A stretch of DNA of 57,205 nucleotides, counting the filler, from Sphacelaria rigidula (Eukaryota): NCBI GenBank assembly GCA_964200075.2. It is 6 parts of 6 records of this genome, joined end to end, with 100 filler letters (N's around TTAATTAATTAA, not from the genome) between each part and the next. Parts side by side here need not be neighbours in the genome. Positions count along the whole stretch, not along the records: positions 28,658 to 38,108 come from CAXNAA020008468.1; positions 38,209 to 47,657 come from CAXNAA020008469.1; positions 47,758 to 57,205 come from CAXNAA020008470.1; 3 more parts are not named here. One strand, given 5' to 3'. Below the pieces are notes generated by a model, which did not search any database, was not told where the DNA came from, and was given only the letters and a program-made list of their open reading frames with translations. The translations under genes were made by a program, and so were the position numbers. Positions 34,857-47,849 of the stretch are shown here, one piece after another (within the stretch, counting starts at the first letter, position 1; the number at the start of each line of letters is the position of its first letter).

Positions 34857-35769
34857 ACTGCTCAGAATATGTTGAATACTGCGGTAGGAGTGGCCAACGA
34901 TCAGATCCCAGTTGATTGTCGTGGAAGGTAATTGAATATTCCAATCGCGACCCGATCTGTGTGGTTGTGGTTCGGCCGGGCTGATTGTACATGCTTTTCT
35001 GCACTTCTGCTCGGTATTTTTATGAGAACACGCAGTCAGGCACGTTACTACACCACTGTCAAATATTACGTTAGGTCACTGTCAAATCCTTGAATCTTTG
35101 ACTCCGAAGTCTCCTTCCGAAGAACTGATATGCTCTACCGGAAAATTGGAGGCAAACTTCCGTGCAATTAGGGGGGCAACATTTTCGTAGCAGAATCAGC
35201 ACGCGCATCCGCATGAACTGGTGGATATATGATTTTTGTGCGCCGTATTATAGTTTGCATATATTAATTTGGGCAAAAGCAACAACCGCGGCCATGTCCA
35301 AGCCTTCTGTACGTCCGTCGCTGTTTTTCGCTGTCAAATTAGGGTTATTCATGCTTGAGCAAAGCCCCGAGCTTGAGGGGGCAACGCTTACAACTCGTCA
35401 AGCGTGTTGTGGTGCTTTGCTAAAGGCACGTCTTCTGTATATCTATCGTTTTCATCTGGATTTATCTGTTAGTTTGATTTGGTTGTTGGATTGTGAGCCG
35501 ATCTGCCACCAATCCGACTGTGGCCCACGAGAGCTTGAGGCACGCATTCAAAGGCCACATCCTCTTGTTTTTTCTTTTTCTTAGAAGAGTCCGGGTTCTG
35601 TTTCGGCGGCGTGAGGACACAAACAAGAAGAAAAAATAGATGAAGAGTTCATGCGGTGCGGAAACGCTGGTCCATTCTGCGGTACCAAAGTTGCGAGGTA
35701 GATATGGCGGAGGGAAGTTGAAGAGAGATAGATCGCTTGAAGCCTCGGGACTCGTCCTTGGCAGGAGTG

Positions 35770-36077
35770 GGAGGGGGGTGTTCTCATGATCTTGAATGCC
35801 GTAGTATGACATCAACCGCACATCCCTACAAAGCCGGGGCGGAGCACGCCGGATTTTCGCCGGACCAGGCTCGCATTTAATCACCAAACGCGAAGCGCCG
35901 TGATATGTTCGGCGAGTCGCATGGAAGGGGTGAGCTGCATCCTGCTAAGATTGTTCGGCCCGAAGCGCACTGAATATTTTGCATATGGATGACCAGCCTC
36001 GAATGAGTTGCTTCATTTTATGGTATCGTCACTTCCAGAGACAGCCATGGGTTACGCCCTGCCTCATGGGTGTCTCA
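35770..36077 (-). mobile_element. Poly(C)-tailed dispersed repeat, subfamily A, long copy
   Basis: Homologous to 4705-5030, with a C-rich tail on the minus strand. Confidence 0.8.
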
Positions 36078-36450
36078 CCATTTAAACTCTAGGTAGTATG
36101 CCCATCCCCTTTCTACGCGGAGTTGAGGTTCGCCCACCCCTACACAGAATAATGTAGGTCGACCACCATCTTGGTTACTGCAGCGGGGAAAACATGCAAT
36201 ACAAAGATTAGCCTGGTTACTTTGCTTACGGTGTGAGTAGCGTGTTTTACAGCGTCGTCGCCAACCGACGCCAACCCCGTAACCCGACAGGGGGGCGGGG
36301 GCGGTGTATTCCTGACCTTGCATGCCATAATCATACGACCATTGACCTCGTTGCATCCCTACAAAGCTGGGACGGAGCACGCCGGGTTTTCGCCGGACCA
36401 GGGGGAGGGGGGGGGGAAGTTGTGGAATATCGCGGAATGATAAATCTAAA

Positions 36451-36833
36451 ACCGGTCGCCCCGGTGGCTCAGTTGGTAACCGCGAAACCTTTTGACGGTT
36501 GGGTCGTGGGTTCAAATTTCGGAGCGATGTGGAATTTTATCTCACACCGTAACAGCGCAGAGCGACTGTGTCGTGGGTACACAAAACTCGACTTGACGGT
36601 CGACGAGGGAAAGGGAGTGCCAAACCCCCCTCGCGATAAGAAATGAAGGCAAGCACCGCAAAAGGAAGGTGGAGGACCAAAAACAGACATGAAAGAAAAA
36701 ACTTGTATGTCGGCCATGTATACCGAGAGGTGTAGACCAGCGTCCAGAATAGATGAGATGAAAAAACGTGCGACCACGGCTGGACTCCTTGGGGGTCAGT
36801 TAAAGTGCGGCAATGAATCCATCAATCAATCAA
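36451..36833 (+). mobile_element. tRNA-derived SINE with (TCAA)n tail
   Basis: A box TGGCTCAGTTGG, B-box-like GGTTCAAATTT, body homologous to 34510-34856, ATCAATCAATCAA tail. Confidence 0.85.
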
Positions 36834-38108
36834 ATGAAGTAACTGCGTGGCTCCTTTACCGAAGACCAGGAGGCGGTGCTGACAATAAGGTTGAAAGGCC
36901 AGGGTCCGATAGCTTGAGCACATCCAAGGACCCCGAAAAAACGTTTTGAAACATGTAAGAAAAACTGCTGAACTCAACAGACAGCGCTGTCTGTTGTCTG
37001 TTTTGTTCAGAACTTGATGGTGAAAATTCAACAGTTCAACACCCGATAAGTGTGTCCGTCTCATGTAAGGAATGGTGGTGACAGTACTTACTGTTGAAGC
37101 GAGCGTATGTCTGTGACCATGGGTTGGAGAGATCGGGCTAATGGGCTCAAAATGGTAACACCCCGAAATCACCCGTGGTGTCCGTTCTGTCCGTCGGGGA
37201 CATGATGTTTCATTCGTGAAGTTACCTGCCAGGCACGGCAGCTCACCTGAGGGGGACTGAGCCTTCGAAGTGTTGATTCTCCCGACAAGAGTGTCCTGTT
37301 TCTCAAGGGTTGATTGATTGCGATCAGCGCTAAACCGCCGAGTGTGTTTTTTTACCGGCGAGCAGCTAACAGCGCGAGAAAGTGGATTGCGCCACCGGTA
37401 TCGCTCTCCTCTGCCGTGTCCTTTAAATAGCCGCAGTCGTTAGAGCGGTGGCAGAAGTGCGGCCTAGCAACGAAATATTCCGAATACGCCTAGTCTATTT
37501 TATACGGGAGAACGTCATCCCTGTTTTGATCGGTGATCTCATGTACTCGAGATGTTCCTGGTCCGCTCTGTGGTTATTGGGGGTCCGCCCCTGCCCTTGC
37601 CCCCCCCCCTGAAAAAGTCCCCCCCCCCCCCCTCCCTACTCGGAGAGTTGGTAAGGAGATCGAGGGACATGTACTCATTCGTTCCTTGCCGTAGTCATTC
37701 GACCATTGACCAAGCATGCCTTCCGAGATGAAGCAAAAGGGAATGGAAAGGGGGGGGGAGGGCGGCGGATGCAACATGGTTCTACATGTTATTTGATGCG
37801 TGCAACGTTATGGGTGCGCAAGAGTTCACGAGCAACAACAACGAGAAATAATTACCTAACTTTTAGTATTGTATTATGTGTATAGTACTACATTGAAGCT
37901 GCCCAGAAATGTATAAACGTGACTTCTACAACAGCCTGACCTCATGAGACTTGACTTGCCCCAACAAAAAATGAAAGGCTGGGCTCTTACCCAAACTACA
38001 CCCATATTCTTGAAAAGGTGAGGAGGGGAGGGGGGGGGGGGGGGGTCCTAATGAAAACACATGTCATACTCCTGGGACCATGGGCGGCGCATCCCCACAA
38101 AGCCTGCG

Positions 38109-38208
38109 NNNNNNNNNNNNNNNNNNNNNNNNNNNNNNNNNNNNNNNNNNNNTTAATTAATTAANNNNNNNNNNNNNNNNNNNNNNNNNNNNNNNNNNNN
38201 NNNNNNNN
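38109..38208. other. Artificial scaffold linker 4
   Basis: Identical 100-nt spacer. Confidence 0.98.
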
Positions 38209-38987
38209 TTTGTGGGGACCAGAGGTCAACGGTCTTACGACTACAGAACATGCAAGATCATGAGCACCCCCCTCTCCCCCCCCCCCCCCCGCCCCCGCCT
38301 GGAGCCTTTCTCTCCTCTATCTCTCCCTTGTCCCCGGCGCGCTCCCGGCCGGATGTGTTCCGGCACACGCCTCGCCGAACAGAAAACTAAAAAAAAATGA
38401 AAAATCGTTAAACGAAAAACGCTTGATTTTTTTTCTCTGTGCGCGGGTCGTACGATGCTTTTACCACCGCGGACGCGCTTGCGCTGGCAGCTCCGCCGTT
38501 CAGCGACGCTCTCCACCCGTTTTCGAATCGAAAGAAGGTGAGACTCGCGATGAGGATGCCCAAGGCGATGTCCACCTAAACGCACAAAAATGAACCCAAA
38601 GCATCGGCGGGGATGAAAGGAAACAGCGGGGGGGAGGGGGGGTGACCTTTTGCAGACCACCACTCTAATATAGGGGAAGAAGAACCCCCCAAATTTGCGT
38701 CGACGAAAAACTTGTTTGTCCCCCCCTCCTTCTCTGCAATTTTCTTTTTGCCTCACTGGAGATGACGTCGAGAGAGCCGAAAACCCCTCCGAGTATGTAT
38801 TATCGCGGGTCTGAGCGAGTGGACCGAAATACGGTGAAATGCCGTACGTGATGGCATCCATTTCCATGCAACGGTCGAGAACAACGCGACCTTCACACAA
38901 CATTCACACATCATCATAGTAGCATGAACGGCCCAGGAAAACAAGAGAGCAAAAACTCAACGGCTCGATGTTCTTGAACAGACTCAC

Positions 38988-39174
38988 CGTGTAGTGTTTT
39001 CGCCCGGCGATCGCCAGCGTGCACATCGTCAACAGGTACACAACTCCCAGCACTTTCCAGACCCTGTACGTCGGGTGCCCCCTCCACGACTTCACGAACA
39101 CTAGCATCGTCGTCGTTGTGAATGCGGCGTGACCCGAAAACAACAAATCTCCGCACGAGCTGAAATCTCCCACC
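38988..39174 (-). CDS. IPC synthase/sphingomyelin synthase family protein, exon 3 (catalytic PAP2-like region)
   Basis: cag acceptor completes a split ATG. Encodes CGDLLFSGH (D3) and RKHYT (start of D4 HYTxD), followed by a gtgag donor. Confidence 0.93.
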
Positions 39175-39403
39175 CTGTCAACCCAAGACAAGAACAGCAA
39201 CCCAACAAGATAGTACGAGAGAACGGAAAACGCGCGCAAAACATGAACAAAATCGCTACAAAGCTGCTTGCCTCATAAATACACCAGGGCATGGCGGCTA
39301 AGCAGCACAAGTCCAGTGCAGCTGTGCTTAGCCATTTCATCGAAAGCATAACTTTAGCAAAGGAACCGCACCTAACATAACCTGCTACTATATCAAACTC
39401 GAG

Positions 39404-39605
39404 CAAGGGCGAGTCGAGTAGAGTACACTCAGTTGCGGGGTATCTTGAAAGTCGTACTTGAAGTACACGAACTGGGGTAGGGTTTTCGCGATCACTTTCC
39501 AGCTATTTTTTGGGTACGACTCCTGACACTACCCCAATTTGATTACCTCAAGTACGTCTTCCAAAATACCCCGCAATTGAGTATACTCTACTCGAGCTGC
39601 CCTTG
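39404..39605. mobile_element. About 200-bp foldback MITE
   Basis: CAAGGGC..TCGAGTAGAGTACACTCAGTTGCGGGGTAT mirrored at the right end, arms about 75 bp. Confidence 0.75.
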
Positions 39606-39927
39606 AATTCGAGGGTTATTTTTTCCCAGTATTTTTCATGACCATACTCCAGAAAAAAAAAGTGCAATTCCGCTTCTCCCCCGACAACAACTTGCAGCAC
39701 GATTTTTACGGGTGAAAGCTGTCCTGTAGCCCACTACTGTGTTGTGCACATGCGTACAAGCACTGCACACATTACACCTGCTAGTGTGTCTATTGCAATA
39801 GACAAAAAAATCCATACTGTACGCACGCAACACATTTTGTTTCGACAATGTCATCTGCTATTCCGGGTGTGGCTTCTCTTATCATATGGGTTAAATGATT
39901 AAAAAAAAATCACAGGAAAAAACTCAC

Positions 39928-40273
39928 ATTACGCCCATCCGCGTCGCGATTTCATGCCAGCCGGTGGGCGGGTTGTACAGAGACTTGTCGCGGCAGTGCG
40001 GGGCCGGTCCGGGCATTGAGGTCAGCCCGATCGTGAGACACCGGAGCATATAGACGATCGACACCAGCCGGAACCAACTCGTAACCATCGCTACGCGCTG
40101 CTTGCGATCCATGAACAGTCCCCGGAGCAGAGCGATGGCGGGCAACAAGGCCGTCAGCGTGTCGCTGACCGGACGCCATGGCGAATTGAGCGTCTGCTCC
40201 GGAATCACCATGAACCCGATGTCGAATAGGGGATCAGCGGGCGTGTGCACGTAGCTCGCAAAGTTTACCGTCA
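39928..40273 (-). CDS. IPC synthase/sphingomyelin synthase family protein, exon 2
   Basis: cag acceptor and gtgag donor, 346 bp. Encodes PLFDIGF (D1-like) and YMLRCLTIGLTSMPGPAPHC (D2-like) SMS/IPCS motifs. Confidence 0.92.
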
Positions 40274-40284
40274 CTGTTTTGTTG

Positions 40285-40535
40285 CGGCCGTCAAAGTAGA
40301 GAGGGGGCGTGCGTGGTTGGAAAGACGAATTTCTACAAGACAGAAGGCCGGACAGTGGGTTAACTTGCGGCTGCCAAAGCAGAGAGGGGGCGTGTGTACT
40401 TAGAACGGCGAAATGCAGGACAGAAGGGCCAGACAGTAAGTTTAATTAATACGGCCCTCAAAGCAGAGAGGGGGCATGCGTGGTACGAAAGGTGAATTAC
40501 GGGACAAAAAGCCAGACAGAGGGTTTAATATACGA
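40285..40535. repeat. Degenerate minisatellite, 3 units of about 83 bp, abutting the IPCS exon 2 acceptor
   Basis: CAAAG(T/C)AGAGAGGGGGC...GCC(G/A)GACAG recurs three times. Confidence 0.8.
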
Positions 40536-40615
40536 CGTCGACCTAAAACAAGCGTGTACCAAAAGTCGACGACACCGGGCTGACCCTCTGTCAAATAGAC
40601 ATGGGTGGTGTGGGC

Positions 40616-40770
40616 ATCGAATACAGTAGTACATGGGTTACCACGCTCCTGCCATTATTGTTCTTTGTTGTACTTCGAATTCCACGTATGTGAATCGAAT
40701 ACAGTAGTACATGGGTTACCACGCTCCTGCCATTATTGTTCTTTGTTGTACTTCGAATTCCACGTATGTG
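40616..40770. repeat. Exact tandem duplication, 78-bp period
   Basis: ATCGAATACAGTAGTACATGGG...CCACGTATGTG repeated at 40616 and 40694. Confidence 0.95.
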
Positions 40771-40799
40771 CGTGTGTTAACGGACTTTTTTCTTCTTAT

Positions 40800-42341
40800 A
40801 TTTTCGAGCCCTTAACCGCCAGGGTGGTCATCTGAGTCGCTTTGAAGTGACCCATGGCATGATGCCGATTCAGCAGATGACTATCTCTGGCGGGTCAAAG
40901 GGGTCAACAACCACTTGATGAGCGGACAAAGATGGACGTCTGCGGCTGACACTTGTCGTTCAGTTGAAGTGCAGACGGTGCCGATTCAGCAGATGGGACA
41001 CATCTGGCCGGCCAGCGGTTCGAACGTTTGAACTGAACCCATCTGAAATTTTCAACTTGCACGATGACCACTTCCGACTCAGGAGTTCCATCTGCGAGTG
41101 TAATCGTCAACCTCTACACCAAAGTATCAAAATGTCTCTCTCCGAGGAGTAAACAAGCTCAACCAACTGATGTCTCTCGACACTATGCGTCACACGTCAC
41201 ACGTGTCTCGTCCTTAAACACACTGTAATACCATGTGCGTCGTGCTTGATTCAAGCATGCATCTCTGCCCACGTCCTGAAACTGCCGGCGATTGACCTCG
41301 TTCTCTAAAGCCACGACGCATGCTCCTCCGTACTGGCAGCAGCCTACGTTCTCGTGGTACTTTTATTGCAACGAGCGGCCTTGCCCATTCCTGGGCGGAC
41401 GTTTTCGCGCCAAATCCGGTCCAGCCTGATGAAGCGATTATCGAACGGACTCTTTTGAACTATCTGCGAGCTGCGCGCAATGCTACGCAGTTCTTTCTTT
41501 GAGTCATTGCCCGTCGGTACAACCTACATCACGCTGCGCTCAATACCCCTCTACCCAACAGAATCGCGTCTAATTGATCGAAGTCCTTTCCCCTCCCCAC
41601 GCCTACCCCAAGAGCTTTAATGCTCCAAATTCCTTCCGCGCAAGATTACGACGGACTGGTAGTCAGTCTGCTGTGATTGTTTTGAACTGTGAGTACTGTA
41701 GGGCGTTCAAGGGTACGCATACCGTGCTGTCAACTTTATGCAGGGTTTGTCGCAAGAATCTCCAGCTCGTGGGCGCCTATAGTCAGGTGTCATTGCTGGC
41801 AGTCTCTTCATTTTTTGCGGGTCTTACCATTATATAGCGAGAGAGGACGCGACCCGGTCAAGACGAGACCAGACAGCCGGGAACTCGACGGATGGATGCA
41901 TCTCAAACTCGAGTTTCTCCGTATATTGAACAATACTTTGCTGCTTCAAATCGAGGTTCAACGTGGCGGGTACCTTGAGCTTGAGATACCTCTAGTGATG
42001 ATGAGACGAAAGTGAAGTGAGCAACCGGGACTTCTACTCCTGTACCATCCGCACTGATCTTAACTGCCTCACGTATCCTCTTCCTTCAAATCTGAGCAGG
42101 TATCGTAAGAAATTTGTACGGAAGATATCATTCACCATGTATAATACCTGGACATTCGCCAACGGCTGGTGTGTGATCCCACGATGTACCAGTGATCCCG
42201 GCATGTGCGGTGTTGCTTTGAGGCCATGGATATGGACGTGGACCATCCTAGAGATCCGACGGAAATCTTGTCGGTCCCTTGTGATACAGGTCGTGCTTGT
42301 ATACCCCCGGGACGAGGACAGGAGAAGAGAGACAACCATCA
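40800..42341 (-). mobile_element. Decayed LTR retroelement remnant (LTR plus gag-like, probably copia) in the IPCS intron
   Basis: TGATGG-started LTR-like segment ending at 42341 shares the GAGATACCTCTA motif with 8867-9060. Weak gag-like peptide fragments (ARKEFGALK, FDQLDAI). Confidence 0.35.
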
Positions 42342-43285
42342 ATGTGTTCGTGCCTATTTTAACGACGTACTGACTGTACTGCTGTACTGTACTGCATCTG
42401 TACACTGGCCTGGCACGGAATCTTGATCGTGTTCGGGTACAAGCCAAAAGAGTAACCTGACAGCATAATATTTCAGTCTCTTCTTCAGCTGAATACATAT
42501 AGCCATTTTGAATACAAAACCTTGAACAAACCGTCTGAATTTCCGTTGAATCCGACCCCGTCTCCTTGTCCGACGGAGTGGTTCGTGTGCCTGGGCGGCA
42601 TTATTTTTACCCGAAAAATGAACTCGAAACAAGCGTGACCCATCCTCATGGTCAGAATATATATCAATTAGAGCAGGAGTTCGATTTAGGGCGCGAAATA
42701 TAAAAAATAAAAAAGGGAAAACCCCGCGAACAATTCGCCGCGCAAAGCGGGGCCCGCGGGGCAGGCAATCCAAGCGAAGATACCAACCTGACCCCGAATA
42801 ATCTTTTTTATGTTCGACATGCAACTTCGACGCAGCTGTGGTTGAAGTGAACGGTCGGCGTGGCGAAAACCACACACCGGAAAACAAGAATTATCAACGA
42901 TGCTGGCGGGATCCGAGTACAGCAGGGGATACGATTTGGCGGGTAGGGATTGCAGAGGGGTATAGTGTTGGTGTGCACTCGATACTCCAGCCGTACAGGG
43001 TTGGTTTATCCACGCAAATGGGGTGCAAAAGTCGGCGAGAACCAGTTTGAAATTGGCGGGCTGGAGCGCAGCAATCAACTTGACTTGTTTTTTCTCCAGA
43101 GAAGAATTTACACGCCTCCTTCAGCACTGTCTGCACTGTAACTGTACTCCGCTGACTGTACATGTACAGACAGCAGTCCTCAACCGAACAAAAAAAGTCA
43201 GCACAGCACCAAAAGCTCGTAGCCAGGGTCGACATCGGTAGACTTAACGAACGCGCACTCGGAATCCTCCATGTCTCGGCCTCAC

Positions 43286-43853
43286 CTGTCATGACCAACA
43301 CCACACAAGCGAAGACCTCCGCGTGCATAAACAGCGCTCCGAGATCGGGTGCCACCCTCCTGTATATCGTTCGCCGGTAGCAAAATAGCGCGGCGACCCA
43401 CAGCCCCCACAGAGGCAACGCTACCGTCCTCCTGTGGAAAGAACCCATTCTTACACGCAGCGCCTGCACGTGATTCCAAAACGCTACCCACACCATGGGA
43501 TACTGCATGGTGCAAGAGGCGATCAACGCAAACCATGCGACGAACGTTGCGAGCTCTTGTAATCGTGACCGCAGCGGCATGCGCGCGTCGATTTCGTGGG
43601 ATAATTGGAAATGTAAGTGTCCGGCTCCGTGCTGGTGACAGTTCTCTCTCTCGAGCTTGAGCAATCCCGTTTCCAAAGCAACCAGCGACTCAGCCGAGGA
43701 TACCACCATTTGGCCGCCGCCGCTGTTGCTGCTGCCGCCATTGCTGTTATTACAGTTGTTCTCTCCGGGTTGTTGCCCGAACGAGCGCTTTTTAGCGTTG
43801 CTACTTCCATCCCTGCTCTCTGTGGGGCTCGCCGTGCCATCTGATGCGCCCAT
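43286..43853 (-). CDS. Inositol-phosphorylceramide/sphingomyelin synthase family protein, exon 1
   Basis: ATG at 43853 (MGASDG...), hydrophobic segments, G|gtgag donor in phase 1 that matches the phase of the exon starting at 40273. Confidence 0.78.
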
Positions 43854-45230
43854 TTTTGTACTTACTAAGGTTGGTATGTCAACAGAATCGAAGACATACA
43901 GCGGAAACAGGGCACACGAAAGCACAGAGCAAGACAGTTTTCAGTGTCGGCGAACCCTCACTATCAAATGTCCTGCACATGAAATATAGTCTCCGGGGAC
44001 CATGTCAGAACACCGTGGAAACCAACGATGACGGAGGAAGATTGTCATTCATGTGTGTCCTACCCTGCAAAAAGGCCTGGTCCGTCATCATCAGGCGAGT
44101 TGGGGTGTTGGCTGCGCCTGAAATCCGGGCAGCAGTAGATCACAGTCCCAAATCGAACAATTAAAAATATAGGAGCCCGTTTGATGTTTATGACGGACTA
44201 TGTGACCCACCCCTGGTGTTTGTAGACCGTGCCGCCGATTTCACGAGCCAATCCGGTTTCCTTGATCGTCGGAGAACAGTGAAGGAAGGTATTCTATCGC
44301 GCGTCACTTCCTACTTGTGTCGGTGACGGAGATGTCGGTGTTGTCGTGATGCGTGTCTTGGCACCGAGGGACGTGTGATGGACGTTGTCCAGAGATGCGG
44401 ATTTGTGGAGTGGCGGTAATAGAGGCGGACGGACGGGAGAAAGAGAGCGGATAATTTTGTTGCGCTTCACGCAAAAAAACTTTTTGTTTTTTAATTGAGC
44501 ATAAAAACTCTAATATAAAGTATATTTATCCGAAGAAATAGACTAATGATGTTTCTTATATTAAAAACTAAATACTGGTACAAGAGTTTTAGAAACTGGA
44601 AATCGCTGCACTTGCTTGTAGGTGACATTTCCTATATTCGGATGTTCGACTGTTTATCACTTACGATACTCGTAGTAGCACAGTATGAGCCTACTCAATA
44701 CTACCACCAGCCACAGAGTACAATCAGTTGTGGCCTCACGATGTATAACACCCTTTTATGGCACGGAGTGCAACCTCGGTTTCTTTTGTGGATGGAATCA
44801 GTTCCTTACATAGATTCAATCATACTTGACGTTTTGATAAAGGATTCCACAGCGCCGTGTTCAAACATACAACAGTTGGTAGCTTGACCAACGTAATGAT
44901 CCCATTTTGAGAATCCACCTTGGGGATAGGTTTTATTAACCGTGTCCTGATCGATTCTGCGATCGGTTCTTCGATCGGTTCTTCGATCGGTTCTCGGTCC
45001 CATAAATTTCGTAACGGCCGATTGTGTCCTTGGGGTTGCGCCGCCTACGTACTCTGGATTATTTTCCCCTTCGTTGACAGGTACTTCGTATTATACAGGG
45101 TGTGCAGAGTATCCATACAGTAGCCCGTTGTAGAATGACGGCGATGGCTGAACTTTTCCCCCGACGTTCAGGGCCGTATCAAATAGTAAGTAATGCCTTA
45201 TACTTGTATTCAACTGAATTAGCTGGGCCA

Positions 45231-45233
45231 ACG

Positions 45234-45270
<37 letters not shown>
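45231..45270. repeat. (CAA)n microsatellite
   Basis: Directly visible. Confidence 0.95.
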
Positions 45271-46994
45271 CCCGTCTCGATAACACGACAGAACAGGTCC
45301 GGATATTCCGTGCCGCCACATTTTCACCCTCAGCGGCGACAGCTCTCACACAGCAGAAAATCCTTCGGGTTGGATGATATGTGGAAGCGCTGCCCCGCTC
45401 GAGCGACTGGAGGAGCCAAATGGGCGAAGGCGCCAATTCACCAAGTACGTCGATGGTGAACAACTTGCGTCCACCCTCACATAATGATGATGGCACTATA
45501 TGCATGCGGTTGTTTTTCATTTTATTAACAATACTAAAAAGGTACAGCAGTGTCATGTGCGCATCGTGCACTCGCGAGATTTCGCGCGGTTTTTCGACGT
45601 GCTGAAATGGCGCGCGCAGTTCACACAACTACTGCTTGTATTGCGGTAGACTCAGCGATCAACATGGGCTATGTGCGATATTGCCTGTCAGGCAGCTACA
45701 AGTATGTGCTGCAGTGTTGTTTACAAAAATACTGTTTTATTTTAACGAAGAGGGTCTCCTCGAAAATGAGGTTGAACACTATGGTGAGGTTTAGCTCCAA
45801 AACAACAGTGCTTTCCCTGACCTCAAGTCACGTAAAGTGGTTTTCATATGGACGTCATCGCATGCCACCGACCTCCCTGAAACTATTCTTGACAGGGCTG
45901 TGAACTGGACCAGTTAATACGATCGATTAGACTAGAACTGAAGTTAAACTGGAACTGACGGGATGGTGCCAGTTGTCGAGTTTATTTCAAGTTTGCCGTT
46001 ACCGGCTATACTATACACTGACTTTAGTATGGGGCAGTTCCACACTATTCCAAGCCACGTTTCTGAGATATTCGAGTATATTACGTACATCATCTGGGAA
46101 CTCATTCAAGAGCCGAAAATTTGACAGATGACGCTTACAGGCTGGTTCAGGGTAAATGACCACAAATTATTCCCACTACAGTATTCATAGATACAGGACG
46201 CAAAACTGACCCGGTATAAACCTATTCGGTATCATAAGTGACCCCCACGAGCAAGCGAACAACAGTATGACATGGACCGATTTTTCTTTCGTCCCTTATA
46301 ATCGCGCTATATATTAGTGAAGATGCTCCCAGACCAATCAGCGGTCTTCAAATAATTGTTCCGAAACTTAAAAACGAATTTTCAGGCTCAATTTGTACCC
46401 CATCTCATCACGAACCAGACCTTGGTAACCACCATCAGCTAGAAAATCTAACGCACAAAACAGATTCGAAAACGCTTCGTATGGGATCGAGTCATACCCC
46501 AAAATGTGGTATTTCGGTGATGTGGGGTTTCGGCGTCATCGTATTTCCACTGACAATATGCATCGAAGACCCAGAAGGCCCCTTGACGTTTTCCCTTGTA
46601 ACTTTCTTAGAAGAGCTCCGATCGATCGTCCTCATAGTTGGCGGTTTGGTAAATATGCGGGTGCTGCTACGAATGGATAAGAAAGAATGTCGAATAATAT
46701 TCAATAGCTGATCTGCTCTCTACCAGCTTCCGCGGGTCCCAGAGTGTAGACTCCCAGAAGTCGGTACAGGTTACTAAATAAATGAAAAAAATCAAACTTG
46801 ACTCGTCCCGAGGTAGTCCACGGAACGCTTGTACGAAGTTTCGTTGCCTCACTCGAAAATCTGATCCCAAACGGTCGATTTAGCTCAAGCGCACAAGGGA
46901 AACGCCGGTAGCATACTATAATCCTGTAATCAGGGGGGTCCCCGTGTATCTGTGTACTTTAACGGACGAACGGCCAGTTGCTCACGCCGGTTTT

Positions 46995-47380
46995 CTAGAT
47001 CGACCCCGAAATTTTGCATACGCATGCTCTGAGATGTTTGTCAGGGCTGCACAGTAAGAACGGGGTCTTTCGATATTTTTTCGCCAGATATGACCCCCCC
47101 CCCCCCCCCCCCCCCCTCGGCGGCCCGACCACAGGGGGCGAAGAAAGAAGACAAGCGCCGAGGTTANNNNNNNNNNTTTTAAGGCGGGTGTTTGTGTGTT
47201 TTTTGAGCGCTGAACAGAAAAAAGGGGGTCTTTGTTTTTTTTTTCCCCAAATATGCCCCCCCCCCCCCCCCCCCTCGTGGGACCCCGAATATCTGGCGAA
47301 AAAGAAAGTCGAAAGACCCCGTTTATACAGATCTGCTAAATATCTCAGAGCACCTGATAGCAAAATTTTAGGGTCTAAGT
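46995..47380. repeat. Long-TIR element spanning a 10-N gap
   Basis: GACCCCGAAATTTTGC...GGGGTCTTTCGA...TTCGCCAGATAT mirrored at about 47290-47376. Confidence 0.6.
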
Positions 47381-47407
47381 CGGAAAAACGGCGTGAGACA
47401 TCGCTGG

Positions 47408-47479
47408 AGGGGGGCGTACTCGTTTGTTGCTTGCCTTAGTCGTTTGACCGTTGACCACGCACCCCTTTCGAGACGGAGC
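47408..47479 (-). mobile_element. 5'-truncated poly(C)-tailed repeat (subfamily B) with 12-bp TSD
   Basis: AGAC(A/T)TCGCTGG direct repeats at 47396-47407 and 47480-47491. Confidence 0.75.
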
Positions 47480-47657
47480 AGACTTCGCTGGGGAGGAAAT
47501 TCCGATCGTTTCACCCTGAGCCAGCCTGTTGTAGAATATAAACAACACTGGTGAAGTCGGATTTGGGGGGGGGGGGGGGGGTCATGACAGCGCATGGGAC
47601 AAGAAATAGACGTCCCTGGGGGGGGCGTTTCACCGTGAGTTTAGGGGTTGTGTCCAC

Positions 47658-47757
47658 NNNNNNNNNNNNNNNNNNNNNNNNNNNNNNNNNNNNNNNNNNN
47701 NTTAATTAATTAANNNNNNNNNNNNNNNNNNNNNNNNNNNNNNNNNNNNNNNNNNNN
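47658..47757. other. Artificial scaffold linker 5
   Basis: Identical 100-nt spacer. Confidence 0.98.
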
Positions 47758-47849
47758 CGCCAAGGCGTCGCGCTTGTAGAAAACGTCAAAGTTCCGGCTG
47801 AGGTTATTGTACTCTAAAAGCAAGTGAACCGGTTCTCGGCAGAAAAACG

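Noticed and set aside
36451-36525. tRNA gene (also 34790-34856, 29230-29336, 1045-1117)
   Set aside because: A and B boxes are present but there is no complete cloverleaf, and each continues into a repeated body. They are SINE heads.
42894-43285. Downstream part of the 343-aa ORF
   Set aside because: It lies after the phase-matched GTGAG donor of IPCS exon 1 and is intron read-through.
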